DNA of 49,699 bases from Lentisphaeria bacterium (GCA_963580095.1 CAUZJQ010000003.1:1-49699), one strand, 5' to 3'; positions 27,870 to 38,227 are shown, numbered from the stretch's first letter. Numbers and translations: made by a program. Notes: generated from the sequence alone by a model not told the origin.

Positions 27870-29222
27870 TCAATCCAAGTCGACGAGAATCTCTATATCG
27901 GCGTTGCCGCGGAGTTCCTTGAGGTGAGCGCGGCGGGTCCACTCGAGTTTGGCCGCTGCGACCTGATCGTGGAAGGCGCCTTTGCCCCCGTCGTTGAGGA
28001 AAGACCGGGTGATCAATATCTGCCAGGACCGAAATTCGTCATCGGTCAGTTCGTCCGGGAGGATTTCCTGCTTCGCCGCATTCAGGTGTCGGCGCAGAGC
28101 GTCGTTGTCGTCAGCGCTACCGCCCATCACCGTCTTCATTACGGCCTCGTAGTATGCATCGAGTTCCTCATCGGTCACTTCGATGTTTTTGGCAGTCAAC
28201 CCGTGCGCGTCGTAATACGCTTCGACTAGGGCGGGATCGACAACAGCACTTAGTTTTGCGACCGTGTCAGCTAGGTGTTTTACCGTCTCAGTGGTCTTTG
28301 ACAGTAGTTCCACTGTTTTCGGCTCCTTGTCGAATCCTTTTTCCCGTGCTTCGGCGGCTAGCACCTGAATCCTCAAGATCGACACCAGCATCACATCCGC
28401 CTTTGCCCCCGTCGTCTGGGTGCCGATATTGTCCCACCCGGGAAGGTAGCCCAGCACCAGATCTTTGCCGTTAACAGTCAGCACGGCCTTCGCCAGAAGT
28501 TCGTCGATCAATTCCGGATCGCCAGCCAACTCTGTGGGGTCGACGGCTCGCGCTTTCGCTTCGCTGGCCAGCGCCAATTCGATGATCTTGTCACGGAGCG
28601 GTGCGCCTTGCCCTGCTTTAGCCCCCGAGCCCACTTGCCTGGTACTCGCCGAGTCCAACGCTTGATCAATAACTGCCGAAGGTATGGCGTCACCGTTGAC
28701 GGCAAGCCGAATGTCCGCCATCAGCGTTTTTAGCCAATCGCCATACGCCGTTGACTTACGCAAGCGTGTCACAACGCTGCGTGCCTCCTGCCGGTGGAAC
28801 TTAGGGTTTACCTTGGCAAAATAGTCCGCATGCTCGATCAGGCAGGCATCGATTTCTGCCTTTGTTACCTTCACCTTCTTTTCGAGCCCGGAACGAAGCT
28901 CCTTCTCGTAAAACATGCCGAGGAGGCCTGAGCTCCGCTGTATCTCCAGTGCCAGCATCTTTTTGATCTGCGACTCCATACCCTCGGGTTTCTCGATGCC
29001 TTCCGTCTCGGCCTGCTGCGCGATTAATCGGTGATCGATGGCAATTTGGAGCGGGCGGATGAACCCTGTTTCATCGAGAATGAGATTGCTCTCGTAGATT
29101 GCTGTCCCGTTTACCCTGGCCAACGGGTCGACCGGATCGTCCTGGGCCAGGGCGCCACTGCCACAGAGCCAGCATACGAGACTACAAATAAGGATATTAG
29201 AAAAAGATCGTGTTGTGCGCAT
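27870..29222 (-). CDS. Exported SurA/PrsA-N-like helical protein with no recognisable parvulin domain
   Basis: Signal peptide, LARVNGTAIY, LIAQQAETEGI and LAAEAREKGF, KVKVTKAEIDA and NIEVTDEELDAYY, and C-terminal LKELRGNADIEIL. Confidence 0.55.
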   Translation of the reverse strand: MRTTRSFSNILICSLVCWLCGSGALAQDDPVDPLARVNGTAIYESNLILDETGFIRPLQIAIDHRLIAQQAETEGIEKPEGMESQIKKMLALEIQRSSGLLGMFYEKELRSGLEKKVKVTKAEIDACLIEHADYFAKVNPKFHRQEARSVVTRLRKSTAYGDWLKTLMADIRLAVNGDAIPSAVIDQALDSASTRQVGSGAKAGQGAPLRDKIIELALASEAKARAVDPTELAGDPELIDELLAKAVLTVNGKDLVLGYLPGWDNIGTQTTGAKADVMLVSILRIQVLAAEAREKGFDKEPKTVELLSKTTETVKHLADTVAKLSAVVDPALVEAYYDAHGLTAKNIEVTDEELDAYYEAVMKTVMGGSADDNDALRRHLNAAKQEILPDELTDDEFRSWQILITRSFLNDGGKGAFHDQVAAAKLEWTRRAHLKELRGNADIEILVDLD

Positions 29223-29427
29223 GGTGTCGATTCCTGTTTTAGGGCATTGAGTGTTACGCTGTAGACGGTCCAAAACTGTACGCTAAATCCATGCCAGATC
29301 AAGTATAATTGCGGGATGTGGGATGCCCGAACGCCATAATAAATAGGGAAGTTGGCAATTATAGTTGAGATTTGGTAGATTGCTCGGCTGTTCGTGGGGC
29401 GTGGAATTATTGAATTGAGGTTATGCA

Positions 29428-30237
29428 ATGAAAACGACAGTGACAGCTGAAGAGATTTCCCGCTATCGAGACCAGGGCTACTTGATCATCGAGGATTTGT
29501 TGTCGCCGCAAGAACTGGAGAGCTTGAAGGGGGCCGTCACGACTACAGTCGAGCAGATGGGAAATCGTAAGCTGGTTGGCGAGGGAAACGAGCAATTTCA
29601 ATATGACCGAGAGAAAAACCCCGACACGACTTTCCTGCAGAAAATCAACCTGTGGAAAGATAATGATACGGTTTCAGGTTTCGTGCGCAATCCTGAAATC
29701 GGTAGAATGGCGTGTGAGCTTGCCGGCGTTAACAGCGTTCGGCTCTGGCACGATCAGACCTTGCAGAAGCTGCCTTGGTCCAATCCCACGTCTTGGCATC
29801 TCGACGCCCCCAACTGGTCGTTCCATTCCCGTGATGTGCTTTCGATTTGGATCGCGCTGAGTGACTCAACGCTTACGAACGGCTGCATGTGGTTCGTGCC
29901 CGGCACCCATAAGACCGCGGAATTCGAACGAAATGCTGAATTCAGTACGCAGGTGGGCGCCCTGTTCGACATTTACCCGGAATGGCACGGACTCGATGCG
30001 GTGCCGATTGAGTTGAAGGCTGGTTCGGCCAGTGTCCACAACGGCTTGCTCGCCCATGGCGCCGGGGTGAATATGACGCAGAACCCCAGGCAGGCGATGG
30101 TTGGCATCTACATGCCGGACGGCGTCACCTTCAACGGCATCCAAAATATTCTTTCCGCTGAACAAATGGAAGCGCTCAAGGTGGGGGACCGGTTCAATGA
30201 TGATGAGCAGAATCCGGTGGTCTGGTCGCGGCAATGA
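29428..30237 (+). CDS. PhyH-family Fe(II)/2-oxoglutarate dioxygenase
   Basis: Motifs YRDQGYL, TSWHLD (HxD), IWIAL.D.T..NGCMWFVPGTH, HNGLLAHGAG.N and PR. Confidence 0.92.
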   Translation: MKTTVTAEEISRYRDQGYLIIEDLLSPQELESLKGAVTTTVEQMGNRKLVGEGNEQFQYDREKNPDTTFLQKINLWKDNDTVSGFVRNPEIGRMACELAGVNSVRLWHDQTLQKLPWSNPTSWHLDAPNWSFHSRDVLSIWIALSDSTLTNGCMWFVPGTHKTAEFERNAEFSTQVGALFDIYPEWHGLDAVPIELKAGSASVHNGLLAHGAGVNMTQNPRQAMVGIYMPDGVTFNGIQNILSAEQMEALKVGDRFNDDEQNPVVWSRQ

Positions 30238-30343
30238 AGGATCCTCATCATTGGGAATGATTCCGGTGTGACATCGCCTGGCCTTTGCTGTGGTATTGAT
30301 CGACTACAGTACGTTAGCTTTTTTCACTTAATGGCGGATTGAA

Positions 30344-31150
30344 ATGGAAGATTGCACAGCCCACAACATGCAGACTGCGCTCGTCGGCTTGGATGTTCAT
30401 GCCAACACCCTTACGGAAGAGGAAAAGAAGATCCTCGATGAGCAAAGCTTTCTGCTCCTCGAAAATCTGATGGATGATGCATGGATGGAGGATGTTCGGA
30501 GCAGTTACGAAACCCTGATGGAAGAAAAATACGGAGCGTTTCGACCCGAGACTGTCGGGAAACCGGCTGCAGACGGAACCAGCAGGCACTTCAATGCGGG
30601 TACCCGCAGGTGGTTTGATATGGTCAGTGAAGGGGAAGTTTTCGAGCGCATGTACACTCATCCCAAAGTGCTTGCCGCGGTTCACCAGATTTTGAAAGCC
30701 GACTTCAAGCTGCATTCCGTAAACGGACGCGATGCCCTGCCGGGTATGGGAGAACAATCACTCCATACCGACACCAGCGCCCGAAATCCCGATGAGCCGT
30801 ACAAGTTGGTCAACTCCGCCTGGCTCCTCGATGCCTTTACCGAAGAATCCGGCCCAACGCGGATCGTGCCCGGCACGCACAACCTGAAGGGGGAGCCGAA
30901 GGACTATGTCAATCCAGAGGACAGCCACGCGGAACAACAGTTGGTCCATGCTTCCGCCGGATCCGTCTTTGTGTTTAACTGTCATCTCTGGCACAGCGGG
31001 ACCAAGAACCGGAGCACCTCATTGAGACGGGCGATCCACTGCGCGTTTGGCAGGCGCGATTACGACCAGCAACCCTGCCAGAAAGAACGGATTCGCAAGT
31101 CGACCTATGACCGCCTCTCACCAGCAGCCCGGTATTTGCTGGATGTGTAG
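30344..31150 (+). CDS. PhyH-family Fe(II)/2-oxoglutarate dioxygenase
   Basis: Motifs QSLHTD, NSAWLLDAFTEESGPTRIVPGTH and FNCHLWHSGTKNRS..LRR. Confidence 0.92.
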   Translation: MEDCTAHNMQTALVGLDVHANTLTEEEKKILDEQSFLLLENLMDDAWMEDVRSSYETLMEEKYGAFRPETVGKPAADGTSRHFNAGTRRWFDMVSEGEVFERMYTHPKVLAAVHQILKADFKLHSVNGRDALPGMGEQSLHTDTSARNPDEPYKLVNSAWLLDAFTEESGPTRIVPGTHNLKGEPKDYVNPEDSHAEQQLVHASAGSVFVFNCHLWHSGTKNRSTSLRRAIHCAFGRRDYDQQPCQKERIRKSTYDRLSPAARYLLDV

Positions 31151-31279
31151 GAGAGTGGCACGGCAAGAGTGGGAGGAGCTGTTGGGGCAAGTCGTGGGAA
31201 AGACAGATTTCTGCCGTCTGTTGCGACGTGCTATTCATAAATATATATTGCCGTCACCTTAACTTTGAGAGGTAAGATA

Positions 31280-33337
31280 GTGAAAAACACAGTTCGATAT
31301 ACTTTGCGCGTTCCGTTCAACTCGACGTTCAGCGCTGCCGAAGAAGAAGCCAGTCTGGAGGTCCTGCGGCGCGGTGACATCGATGAGGCGCTATTTTTTC
31401 TGCCGAATCTCGAGGAACGCTCTTCCGGCCTGCAGACGCTTGCCGAATGCCAGCGCTGTGCGGACCGGCTGGCGCCGATCTTCGAAAGGTTGCGCGGTGA
31501 GGGGGTCGTGCCGTCGATCAATATATGGTGGACTGTGTCCTTCAGCGATTTTCCCGGCTTGCCGCGGGATCATCGGGAGAAGTTCGATTTTCGCTGGGCC
31601 GTAGGACAGGACGGTCGCCAGAGCCGTACCGTTGCTTGTCCGCAGGACCAGGCATGGCGGCAACATACCCGTGAGATGTACGCCATCTTTGCGCGACTGA
31701 ACCCGGCGCGCATGTGGATCGACGATGACATGCGCATGACTTTGCGCGCCGACCTGCATGATGCCTGCTTCTGTGACGTGTGCCTCGACGAGATGAGTCG
31801 CCGTATCGGGCGTCCTATTGCGCGCGGCGAGCTTGTTCCCGCCATTATGGCAGATCCGCCAAATGCTGTGCGCGACAACTGGCTGGAGTTTCTCGATGAC
31901 CTGTGTCACGACAATGTTCGTGGCCTGGCCGATGCGGTTCGCGAGGCGAACCCGGAGACACAGACGTGCCTGATGCATTCGATGCCGGAAATCCACAATG
32001 CCGAGGGGCGGCGCTGGGATCGCCTGATTGATGCGCTTGGCGGCAACGAGCCCTGGTGTCGGCCGCCGATCGGCCCGTACCATGAGGCGACACCAATCGC
32101 CTATTGCTCATCTCTGAACAGCTGCCGTCTGGCGCTCGATGTCATTCCAGGCCACGTCAAGATGGCGCCTGAGATCGAGAATTACCCGCAGTCAAGATTC
32201 ATGACATCGCCCCGTGGCATCAAGATGAGCCTTGTATTCTCGCAACTGTTTGGCATGGGCGGGGCCATCATTTCGGCCTATCGCTACGCCGGCCGTCTCG
32301 ATCTCGAGATCGAGCGACATGACGCCTGGAGCGGCATGCTGCACGACGTAAAGCCGTATCTTCAGAGTATCGCCGAGCTCGGTGTCGAGCGGCATCAGTT
32401 CCAGGGTATCTCGATGTTCCACCATGGCCAGGTCTGCCGCCATACGCGTGACGTCGCCGATCAGCCGAAACCTATTTTCCTGTACCGCCGCCGGCCGATC
32501 GACGATGCCCTGCCGCTGCTTGGCTTCGCGACTCGTTACGGCGCCGGGGACGTGACTGTTTTTGCGGGGGAACACATTGCCTGCCTGAACAAAGCGGAAC
32601 GGCATGAGTTTTTCGGTCGCGGCGTGCTTCTTGACGGGCGTGCTGCCGAGACGCTGCTGCGGTCCGGAGACGGTGCCCTTGCCGGCCTGAAAAGCGCTGC
32701 CGGTGAGTCGAATGCATCGTTGGAGACTATCGAAGATGCTGACTTCGGCGGGTTGGTAGGTGACCTGATCAACCTCCGTTGGGAAAGCAGCGCCCGGCAG
32801 TTCGACTGGCTCGATGGCGCGCGGACTGTGTCGCTCGTTCGCGATTACGACGACCGTGAAACCGGGCACGGGATCGTGTTGTACGAGAACGACCTGGGCG
32901 GGCGTGTCGCTGTCATTCCGTACGACAGCCAGGTCGAGATCGGCACGTTGGGCCTGACATATGAGTCGATGTGTACACCAGGTTTCCTGTCGTTCCCACG
33001 CCAGGCGCAGCTCAAGGCGGTACTCGAGTGGCTGAACCGCGGGCCGCTGCCGCTGTTCGTCCCGGGCGCGCCGTCCGTCTATCCGCTGCTGATCCGGCAG
33101 GAAAAACGGTTGATCGCGAGCGTAACGAACCTGATGGCCGATCCCGTATTGAATTTGACCCTGGAACTGGCCGTGCCGGGTATCGTCCCGGTGTCGGCGC
33201 GGCACCTGCAAGATGATGGCACATGGACGGATGCGGCGGACCTCAGCATCGATACTGCTGCAGACGGGGCGGTCACGGTGCGCACATCGATTACTGCCGA
33301 GCGGCTGGATCCGGTTGTCCTGGTGTTGGACAGTTGA
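31280..33337 (+). CDS. Uncharacterised ~685-aa protein, probable TIM-barrel glycoside-hydrolase-like enzyme with GH42-type trimerisation-like C-terminal region
   Basis: Motifs ACPQDQAWR, MWIDDDMR, CFCDVC, PEIEN and YENDLGGRVAV. GTG start follows a GAGAGG RBS. The function is inferred. Confidence 0.55.
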   Translation: MKNTVRYTLRVPFNSTFSAAEEEASLEVLRRGDIDEALFFLPNLEERSSGLQTLAECQRCADRLAPIFERLRGEGVVPSINIWWTVSFSDFPGLPRDHREKFDFRWAVGQDGRQSRTVACPQDQAWRQHTREMYAIFARLNPARMWIDDDMRMTLRADLHDACFCDVCLDEMSRRIGRPIARGELVPAIMADPPNAVRDNWLEFLDDLCHDNVRGLADAVREANPETQTCLMHSMPEIHNAEGRRWDRLIDALGGNEPWCRPPIGPYHEATPIAYCSSLNSCRLALDVIPGHVKMAPEIENYPQSRFMTSPRGIKMSLVFSQLFGMGGAIISAYRYAGRLDLEIERHDAWSGMLHDVKPYLQSIAELGVERHQFQGISMFHHGQVCRHTRDVADQPKPIFLYRRRPIDDALPLLGFATRYGAGDVTVFAGEHIACLNKAERHEFFGRGVLLDGRAAETLLRSGDGALAGLKSAAGESNASLETIEDADFGGLVGDLINLRWESSARQFDWLDGARTVSLVRDYDDRETGHGIVLYENDLGGRVAVIPYDSQVEIGTLGLTYESMCTPGFLSFPRQAQLKAVLEWLNRGPLPLFVPGAPSVYPLLIRQEKRLIASVTNLMADPVLNLTLELAVPGIVPVSARHLQDDGTWTDAADLSIDTAADGAVTVRTSITAERLDPVVLVLDS

Positions 33338-33455
33338 ACCGACATCCTCGAGCTTCTCGGTGGGCACGATTGTCTGTGCCTTGACTCTGTGTAAAGCGAA
33401 ACGTATGTTGAATTTTCCTTCTCGTTCCCAGCCCCTTGTTCTATGGTAGCACGCA

Positions 33456-34322
33456 ATGCCTGAAAGCACTGACACAGCGACCGATCAGGCCGCGCGACGC
33501 AAGTTCTGGACAGAGCATATGGAGCGCAGTTATGAGCTGCTGCAGTCCATGACAAGCTACCCGGCGGAAGAGTGCGGCGAGGGGCTTGCCTCTATTCCTG
33601 ATGCCGCTGAGGAAGCCGGGATCGAAATGCTTTTTTCCACCAGCAAGATAGCCGGTGACCTCGACAGGATCCTCTATATTCGCAGCGGACTCATTCCCGA
33701 CCTGATGGCAATCGCCCGGGACATGCGCGAACGTGGCTGGCTGTTGAAGATAGAAGACGGTTTTCGAACGCTGGATATGCAAACGCAACTGGGACGCAAA
33801 CCGTCGGTCTTCGAGATGATTGTGCGTACCTGCCAGTGGGAGCTCGGTGGTGAGCCGCCGCCCCTGGACCTGATCTTTCGGCGCTCAACCTGCCTGGTCG
33901 CGAACTATCCGAATCGTGGCACCCATACGATGGGCGCAGCCGTGGATATATCGGTTTTTAGCCTGGAAGACGGCAGCGAGATTTCGCGTGGAAAATCATA
34001 TTTGGAGATGAGCGAGTACACGCCGATGGATTCGCCCTTTGTCAGCCTTGCTGAGCAGGAAAACCGCAAAGCAATCACGGCGCTGATGGAGCGACACGGC
34101 TTTCTACATTATCCCGGTGAATTCTGGCATTACAACAAAGGCGACCCTCTTTATCATTTTATGGCTGAAACCGGCCGGCCGGCTCAGTACAACTGTGTGC
34201 ATTGGGACGCTCGAACGAATGCTGTTGCCCCCTATGAAGACGTGACATCCCCACTGACGCCGCCCGACGAAATGGCGGAGTATCTGGCGCAAGCCCTGGA
34301 ACGACTGACGGACGAACCATAA
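33456..34322 (+). CDS. M15D-family D-Ala-D-Ala dipeptidase (VanX/DdpX-like)
   Basis: Motifs LKIEDGFRTL..Q, THTMGAAVD and GF..YPGEFWHY. Confidence 0.85.
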   Translation: MPESTDTATDQAARRKFWTEHMERSYELLQSMTSYPAEECGEGLASIPDAAEEAGIEMLFSTSKIAGDLDRILYIRSGLIPDLMAIARDMRERGWLLKIEDGFRTLDMQTQLGRKPSVFEMIVRTCQWELGGEPPPLDLIFRRSTCLVANYPNRGTHTMGAAVDISVFSLEDGSEISRGKSYLEMSEYTPMDSPFVSLAEQENRKAITALMERHGFLHYPGEFWHYNKGDPLYHFMAETGRPAQYNCVHWDARTNAVAPYEDVTSPLTPPDEMAEYLAQALERLTDEP

Positions 34323-34428
34323 GTTGTTTCAGATGACCGCTGGGCAGAGTGCCGGATAGATTGTTGGCATGTCTTTGTTGCTCGCTGACAGCTGATACCT
34401 GAAAACTCCAAACCCATGAATCGTGCTG

Positions 34429-35820
34429 ATGACCTACCCGACTTCTCCCTTGGATCTCAACTCGCCGCTGGTGTCGGCCTATTGCCAGAAAACGGCGGGA
34501 TCGGCGCGATTGTCCGACGGCGCCCGGAACGTCTTTCCCAGCGGCATTACCCACGACGCCCGCTACATAGAGCCGCATGGCATTTATGTGACGCGCACGG
34601 AGGGGGCGCATAAATGGGATGTTGACGGCAACGAGTATGTCGATTACTCAGGTGGCCACGGTGCCTTGCTGCTGGGGCACAATCATCCGGTCGTCATCGC
34701 GGCAGTGGAGGAGCAGTTGAGCAAAGGCACCCACTATGGCGCCAACCACGAGCTGGAGATTCAGTGGGGTGAGTTGATCCAGAAAATGGTGCCCTGCGCC
34801 GAACGCGTGCGCCTGACCAATACGGGGACGGAAACGACGATGCTGGGGTTGCGCCTGGCGCGGGCTTTTACGGGTCGTGAAAAGGTCCTGCGCATCAAAG
34901 GCCATTTTCACGGTTGGCACGACTACGCTTCGGCTGGCTTCATCTCACACTTCGATGGCACGCCTGCTCGCGGTGTACCCGCCGGCACCAACGACAGCAT
35001 TCTACTGACAGCGGTCAACGATTTGGCCGCCGCGGAGCAGGTCTTCGCTGCCAACGCCGACATTGCCGCCGTTATTCTGGAACCCACCGGCTCGACCTGG
35101 GGGCAAGTGCCGACGACGCAGGAATTCATCGAGGGTCTGCGACGGCTTGCCAGCCAGTACGGTACGATGCTGATCTTCGATGAAGTGATCAGCGGCTTTC
35201 GCTGCGCGCCCGGCGGTGCCCAGGAAGCTCTTGGGGTGACACCTGACCTGGCGATTTTGGGCAAGATTGTTTCCGGTGGCTTGACCGGCGCGGCGGTTGT
35301 CGGTCGCAAGGATGTCCTGGATGTTCTGGACTTCCGTGTGGCAGGGGAAAGGGGCGATGAGAAGGTTTTTCACATGGGCACCTTCAATGCCGCGCCCACG
35401 ACTGCCGCTGCCGGGGTTGCGGCCCTTGAGTTGATCCGCTCAACCGACGCCTGTGGGCAAGCAATTGCGTATGGTGACAAACTGATCGATTCGCTCAATG
35501 AAATGTTTAACGAGGAAAACGTCAGTTGGATCTCGTATGGCACCTACGGCGGCTTTCACGTTTTCCTCAACCCGGAGAACATAAGCACGACTCGGCAGCG
35601 TATCGAAGCGGGTGAACACAGCCACGACACGCTCAAGGCGCCGGTGGTCCCGGCGCTTCGTATGAAACTGCGAATCGGTGTCTTGCTGCATGGTGTGGAC
35701 ATCCAGGGTTGGCCCGGCGCCCCTGTCACCGCTGCCCACAGCGATGCAGACTTGGTCCATACTGTCGAGGCTTTTCGCCAGACGATCAGACTGTTGCGCG
35801 AGGAAGGAGATTTGGATTGA
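34429..35820 (+). CDS. Class III PLP aminotransferase (glutamate-1-semialdehyde aminomutase-like)
   Basis: Motifs WDVDGNEYVD, LGHNHP, GHFHGWHD, VILEP, FDEVISGFR, PDLAILGK and GTFN. Confidence 0.9.
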   Translation: MTYPTSPLDLNSPLVSAYCQKTAGSARLSDGARNVFPSGITHDARYIEPHGIYVTRTEGAHKWDVDGNEYVDYSGGHGALLLGHNHPVVIAAVEEQLSKGTHYGANHELEIQWGELIQKMVPCAERVRLTNTGTETTMLGLRLARAFTGREKVLRIKGHFHGWHDYASAGFISHFDGTPARGVPAGTNDSILLTAVNDLAAAEQVFAANADIAAVILEPTGSTWGQVPTTQEFIEGLRRLASQYGTMLIFDEVISGFRCAPGGAQEALGVTPDLAILGKIVSGGLTGAAVVGRKDVLDVLDFRVAGERGDEKVFHMGTFNAAPTTAAAGVAALELIRSTDACGQAIAYGDKLIDSLNEMFNEENVSWISYGTYGGFHVFLNPENISTTRQRIEAGEHSHDTLKAPVVPALRMKLRIGVLLHGVDIQGWPGAPVTAAHSDADLVHTVEAFRQTIRLLREEGDLD

Positions 35821-35857
35821 CAAAGGTTTGTCGATGATTTCCTTAACGTGTATATTG
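35819..35857 (+). promoter_or_regulatory. Palindromic operator overlapping a promoter upstream of prepilin paralog 1
   Basis: Perfect inverted repeat GACAAA-GG-TTTGTC, overlapping TTGTCG-17 nt-TATATT. A homologous motif lies at 37003. Confidence 0.55.
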
Positions 35858-36861
35858 GGACCGTTACAGCTATACAATTGGTCACGCTGAATGAGGTTTT
35901 TGCCATAATTGCCTTCCCAAGACTATCTGGATCGCACCCGTTGCGGTGTTGCGTCGGACCGAAACGCTTTACTCTGATAGAGTTGTTAGTCGTCATTGTG
36001 GTCATAATGATCCTTCTCTCCATGCTGATATCGTCACTTCAGCATGCAAAGAGCGTTGCAAAACGTGTGGCGTGCATGAGTAATATCCGGCAACTGGCGA
36101 TGGCCGCCGGCGGCATCTATCCCACTGACAACGACAGGGTCGTCATACCGGCAGTCCTGAAAGGGCCGACGACGCGGACGAACACTGGGCCGGCGATTCG
36201 AGACCAGGGACAGTATGCCGTCCATACTCCCATGGGTTACTCGGTGAGTTGGCTGGAAGAAATCGAAGACAAGCCGATCGATTTGTCCAAAATGCCGGAG
36301 GAGACGAATCCACTCGGATATTGCCCCGGAGACGAGCTCTACGGCGGCCCTTCGCCGACTGGAGATAGGTATTACAGCAACAAAACCGGTTGGTGGTGTG
36401 GCATTTACCGACGCCAACCGTCCTATTCACTAAATTATTTTTTTACCAACGCCAAAGGTAACGGCGCTCATGAGGATAACAGAGAACTTAACTACATAAG
36501 AATCAACCGGGTCGAGAATCCCGAGGAGAAAGTACTGCTTTGCGAAACACACTACACGGCGGTGGCCGGTGCCAAGTGGGAGTTCGCCAATACCTGGCCG
36601 GGTTGTAACTATGAACGGGGGCCGTTTCCGATGACCAAGGATCCCTATGTCTCATATGCTGATACCGGTGCCATCAGCTATGCGCGCCACGACGGTCTCG
36701 GCTTCAATGTTTCCTTCGCCGATTTGCATTCCGAATTTATTGAAAGCCCCGCCGGGTTGCACTCGCCATGGAGAAAGCCCGTCTCGGCCGGCGATATCGC
36801 CGAAATGAAACGTATGTGGGAGGTCGAGTATGACGGCTACGAGAACAGGATCGGCCACTAA
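35848..36861 (+). CDS. Prepilin-type N-terminal cleavage/methylation protein (DUF1559/H-X9-DG-like), paralog 1; true start uncertain and probably downstream
   Basis: [51 protein letters not shown] and RHDGLGFNVSFADLH. Confidence 0.85.
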   Translation: MYIGTVTAIQLVTLNEVFAIIAFPRLSGSHPLRCCVGPKRFTLIELLVVIVVIMILLSMLISSLQHAKSVAKRVACMSNIRQLAMAAGGIYPTDNDRVVIPAVLKGPTTRTNTGPAIRDQGQYAVHTPMGYSVSWLEEIEDKPIDLSKMPEETNPLGYCPGDELYGGPSPTGDRYYSNKTGWWCGIYRRQPSYSLNYFFTNAKGNGAHEDNRELNYIRINRVENPEEKVLLCETHYTAVAGAKWEFANTWPGCNYERGPFPMTKDPYVSYADTGAISYARHDGLGFNVSFADLHSEFIESPAGLHSPWRKPVSAGDIAEMKRMWEVEYDGYENRIGH

Positions 36862-37002
36862 CGGCCACTTCGTAAAGACACTTTAGTGAGTAGTCTTGGC
36901 CACCGCCGCAGTGTCCGTCTCATCGCGTGGGTAGTGGATTGAAGTAGTGAATTACGAGAATTGCGAAGGCAGGATCAAGAGGATGATATACGATATTTGA
37001 TT

Positions 37003-37039
37003 GATAAAACTTTGTCGAAGTGATGATGATATGTATAGT
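37003..37039 (+). promoter_or_regulatory. Second copy of the operator/promoter, upstream of prepilin paralog 2
   Basis: GATAAA-AC-TTTGTC (one mismatch from the palindrome), overlapping TTGTCG-16 nt-TATAGT. Confidence 0.5.
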
Positions 37040-37055
37040 AAAAATTTAGTTCCGT

Positions 37056-38057
37056 ATGTTGTGGTCCTCGCAAATTAGAGAGTTGCTATCATTGCCTTGT
37101 CAAAGCTCATTTGAATCGCACCGGTTGCGATCTTGCGTCGAGCAGAAGCGTTTTACACTCATTGAGTTGCTAGTCGTCATTGTGGTCATAATGATCCTTC
37201 TCTCCATGATGATGTCGTCGCTTCAGCATGCAAAGAGCGTTGCCATACGCGTGGCATGCATGAGCAACATCCGCCAACTGGCGATGGCTGCGGGCGGCAT
37301 CTATACCACTGACAACGACAGGGTCGTCGTGCCGGCGGTCCTGAAAGGGCCGACAACGCGCGACCACACGCCGGCGATTCGAGACCAGGGACAGTATGCC
37401 GTTCATACTGCCATGGGTTACTCAGTGATGTGGCTGGAAGAGATCGAAGACAAGACGATCGATTTGTCCGCTGTGCCGGAGGAGACGAATCCGCTCGGGT
37501 ATTGCCCCGGGGACGAGACCTACGGCGGTCTGGGGGACGTCGCGCGTTTCCAGGGCACGCTTAGGTATTACAGCAACAAAACCGGTTGGTGGTGTGGCAT
37601 TTACCGACGACAGCCGTCCTATTCACTAAATTATTTTTTTACCAATGCCAAAGGTAACGGCCCTATGACAGAAAACAGAGAACTTAACTACATAAGAATC
37701 AACCGGACCGAGAATCCCGGGGAGAAAGTACTGCTTTGCGAAACGCACTACACCGCGGTCGCGGGTGCCAGGTGGGAATTCGCCAATACCTGGCCGGGTT
37801 GCAACTATGAACGGGGGCCGTATCCGATGACGAAGGAGCCCTATATCTCATATGCTGGTACCGGAGCCATCAGCTATGCGCGCCACGACGGTCTCGGCTT
37901 CAATGTTGCCTTCGCCGATTTGCACGCCGAATTTATTGAAAGCACGACCGCACCGCACTCGCCCTGGAAAAAACCTGTCTCGGCCGCCGACATTGCCGAA
38001 ATGGAGCGTTTGTGGATGGTCGAGTATGACGGCTACGAGGACAGGGTCGGCCACTAA
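37056..38057 (+). CDS. Prepilin-type N-terminal cleavage/methylation protein, paralog 2 (tandem duplicate of 35848..36861); start uncertain
   Basis: Same motifs as paralog 1 with long identical stretches, and the same 3' flank GGCCACTAACGGCCACTTCG. Confidence 0.85.
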   Translation: MLWSSQIRELLSLPCQSSFESHRLRSCVEQKRFTLIELLVVIVVIMILLSMMMSSLQHAKSVAIRVACMSNIRQLAMAAGGIYTTDNDRVVVPAVLKGPTTRDHTPAIRDQGQYAVHTAMGYSVMWLEEIEDKTIDLSAVPEETNPLGYCPGDETYGGLGDVARFQGTLRYYSNKTGWWCGIYRRQPSYSLNYFFTNAKGNGPMTENRELNYIRINRTENPGEKVLLCETHYTAVAGARWEFANTWPGCNYERGPYPMTKEPYISYAGTGAISYARHDGLGFNVAFADLHAEFIESTTAPHSPWKKPVSAADIAEMERLWMVEYDGYEDRVGH

Positions 38058-38227
38058 CGGCCACTTCGCAAAGACAGTTGCATTGATTAGTCTTGGCCAT
38101 CTCCGGTGGCCGCAAGCTTCCCCTCGTCTTTTAATCCGACTCGCAATCTCTCGTCGTGATCATACTCTTAATTGCGTGGTTTAAGCGTGGGAGCCGGAGC
38201 GATTAAGCGTACATATAGGAGTTGATT

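Noticed and set aside
33456-34322. vanX vancomycin resistance
   Set aside because: No vanH/vanA-type ligase or vanRS is adjacent, so only the M15D family call is supported.
34429-35820. hemL assignment
   Set aside because: The fold is GSAM-like, but the N-terminal motif is PSGITHDAR rather than PGGVNSPVR and there is no tetrapyrrole gene context.
35848-38057. TR/VR pair of a DGR
   Set aside because: Both copies are full-length ORFs with many synonymous, non-adenine differences. The Avd-like remnant at 49584 is deleted and no RT is visible.
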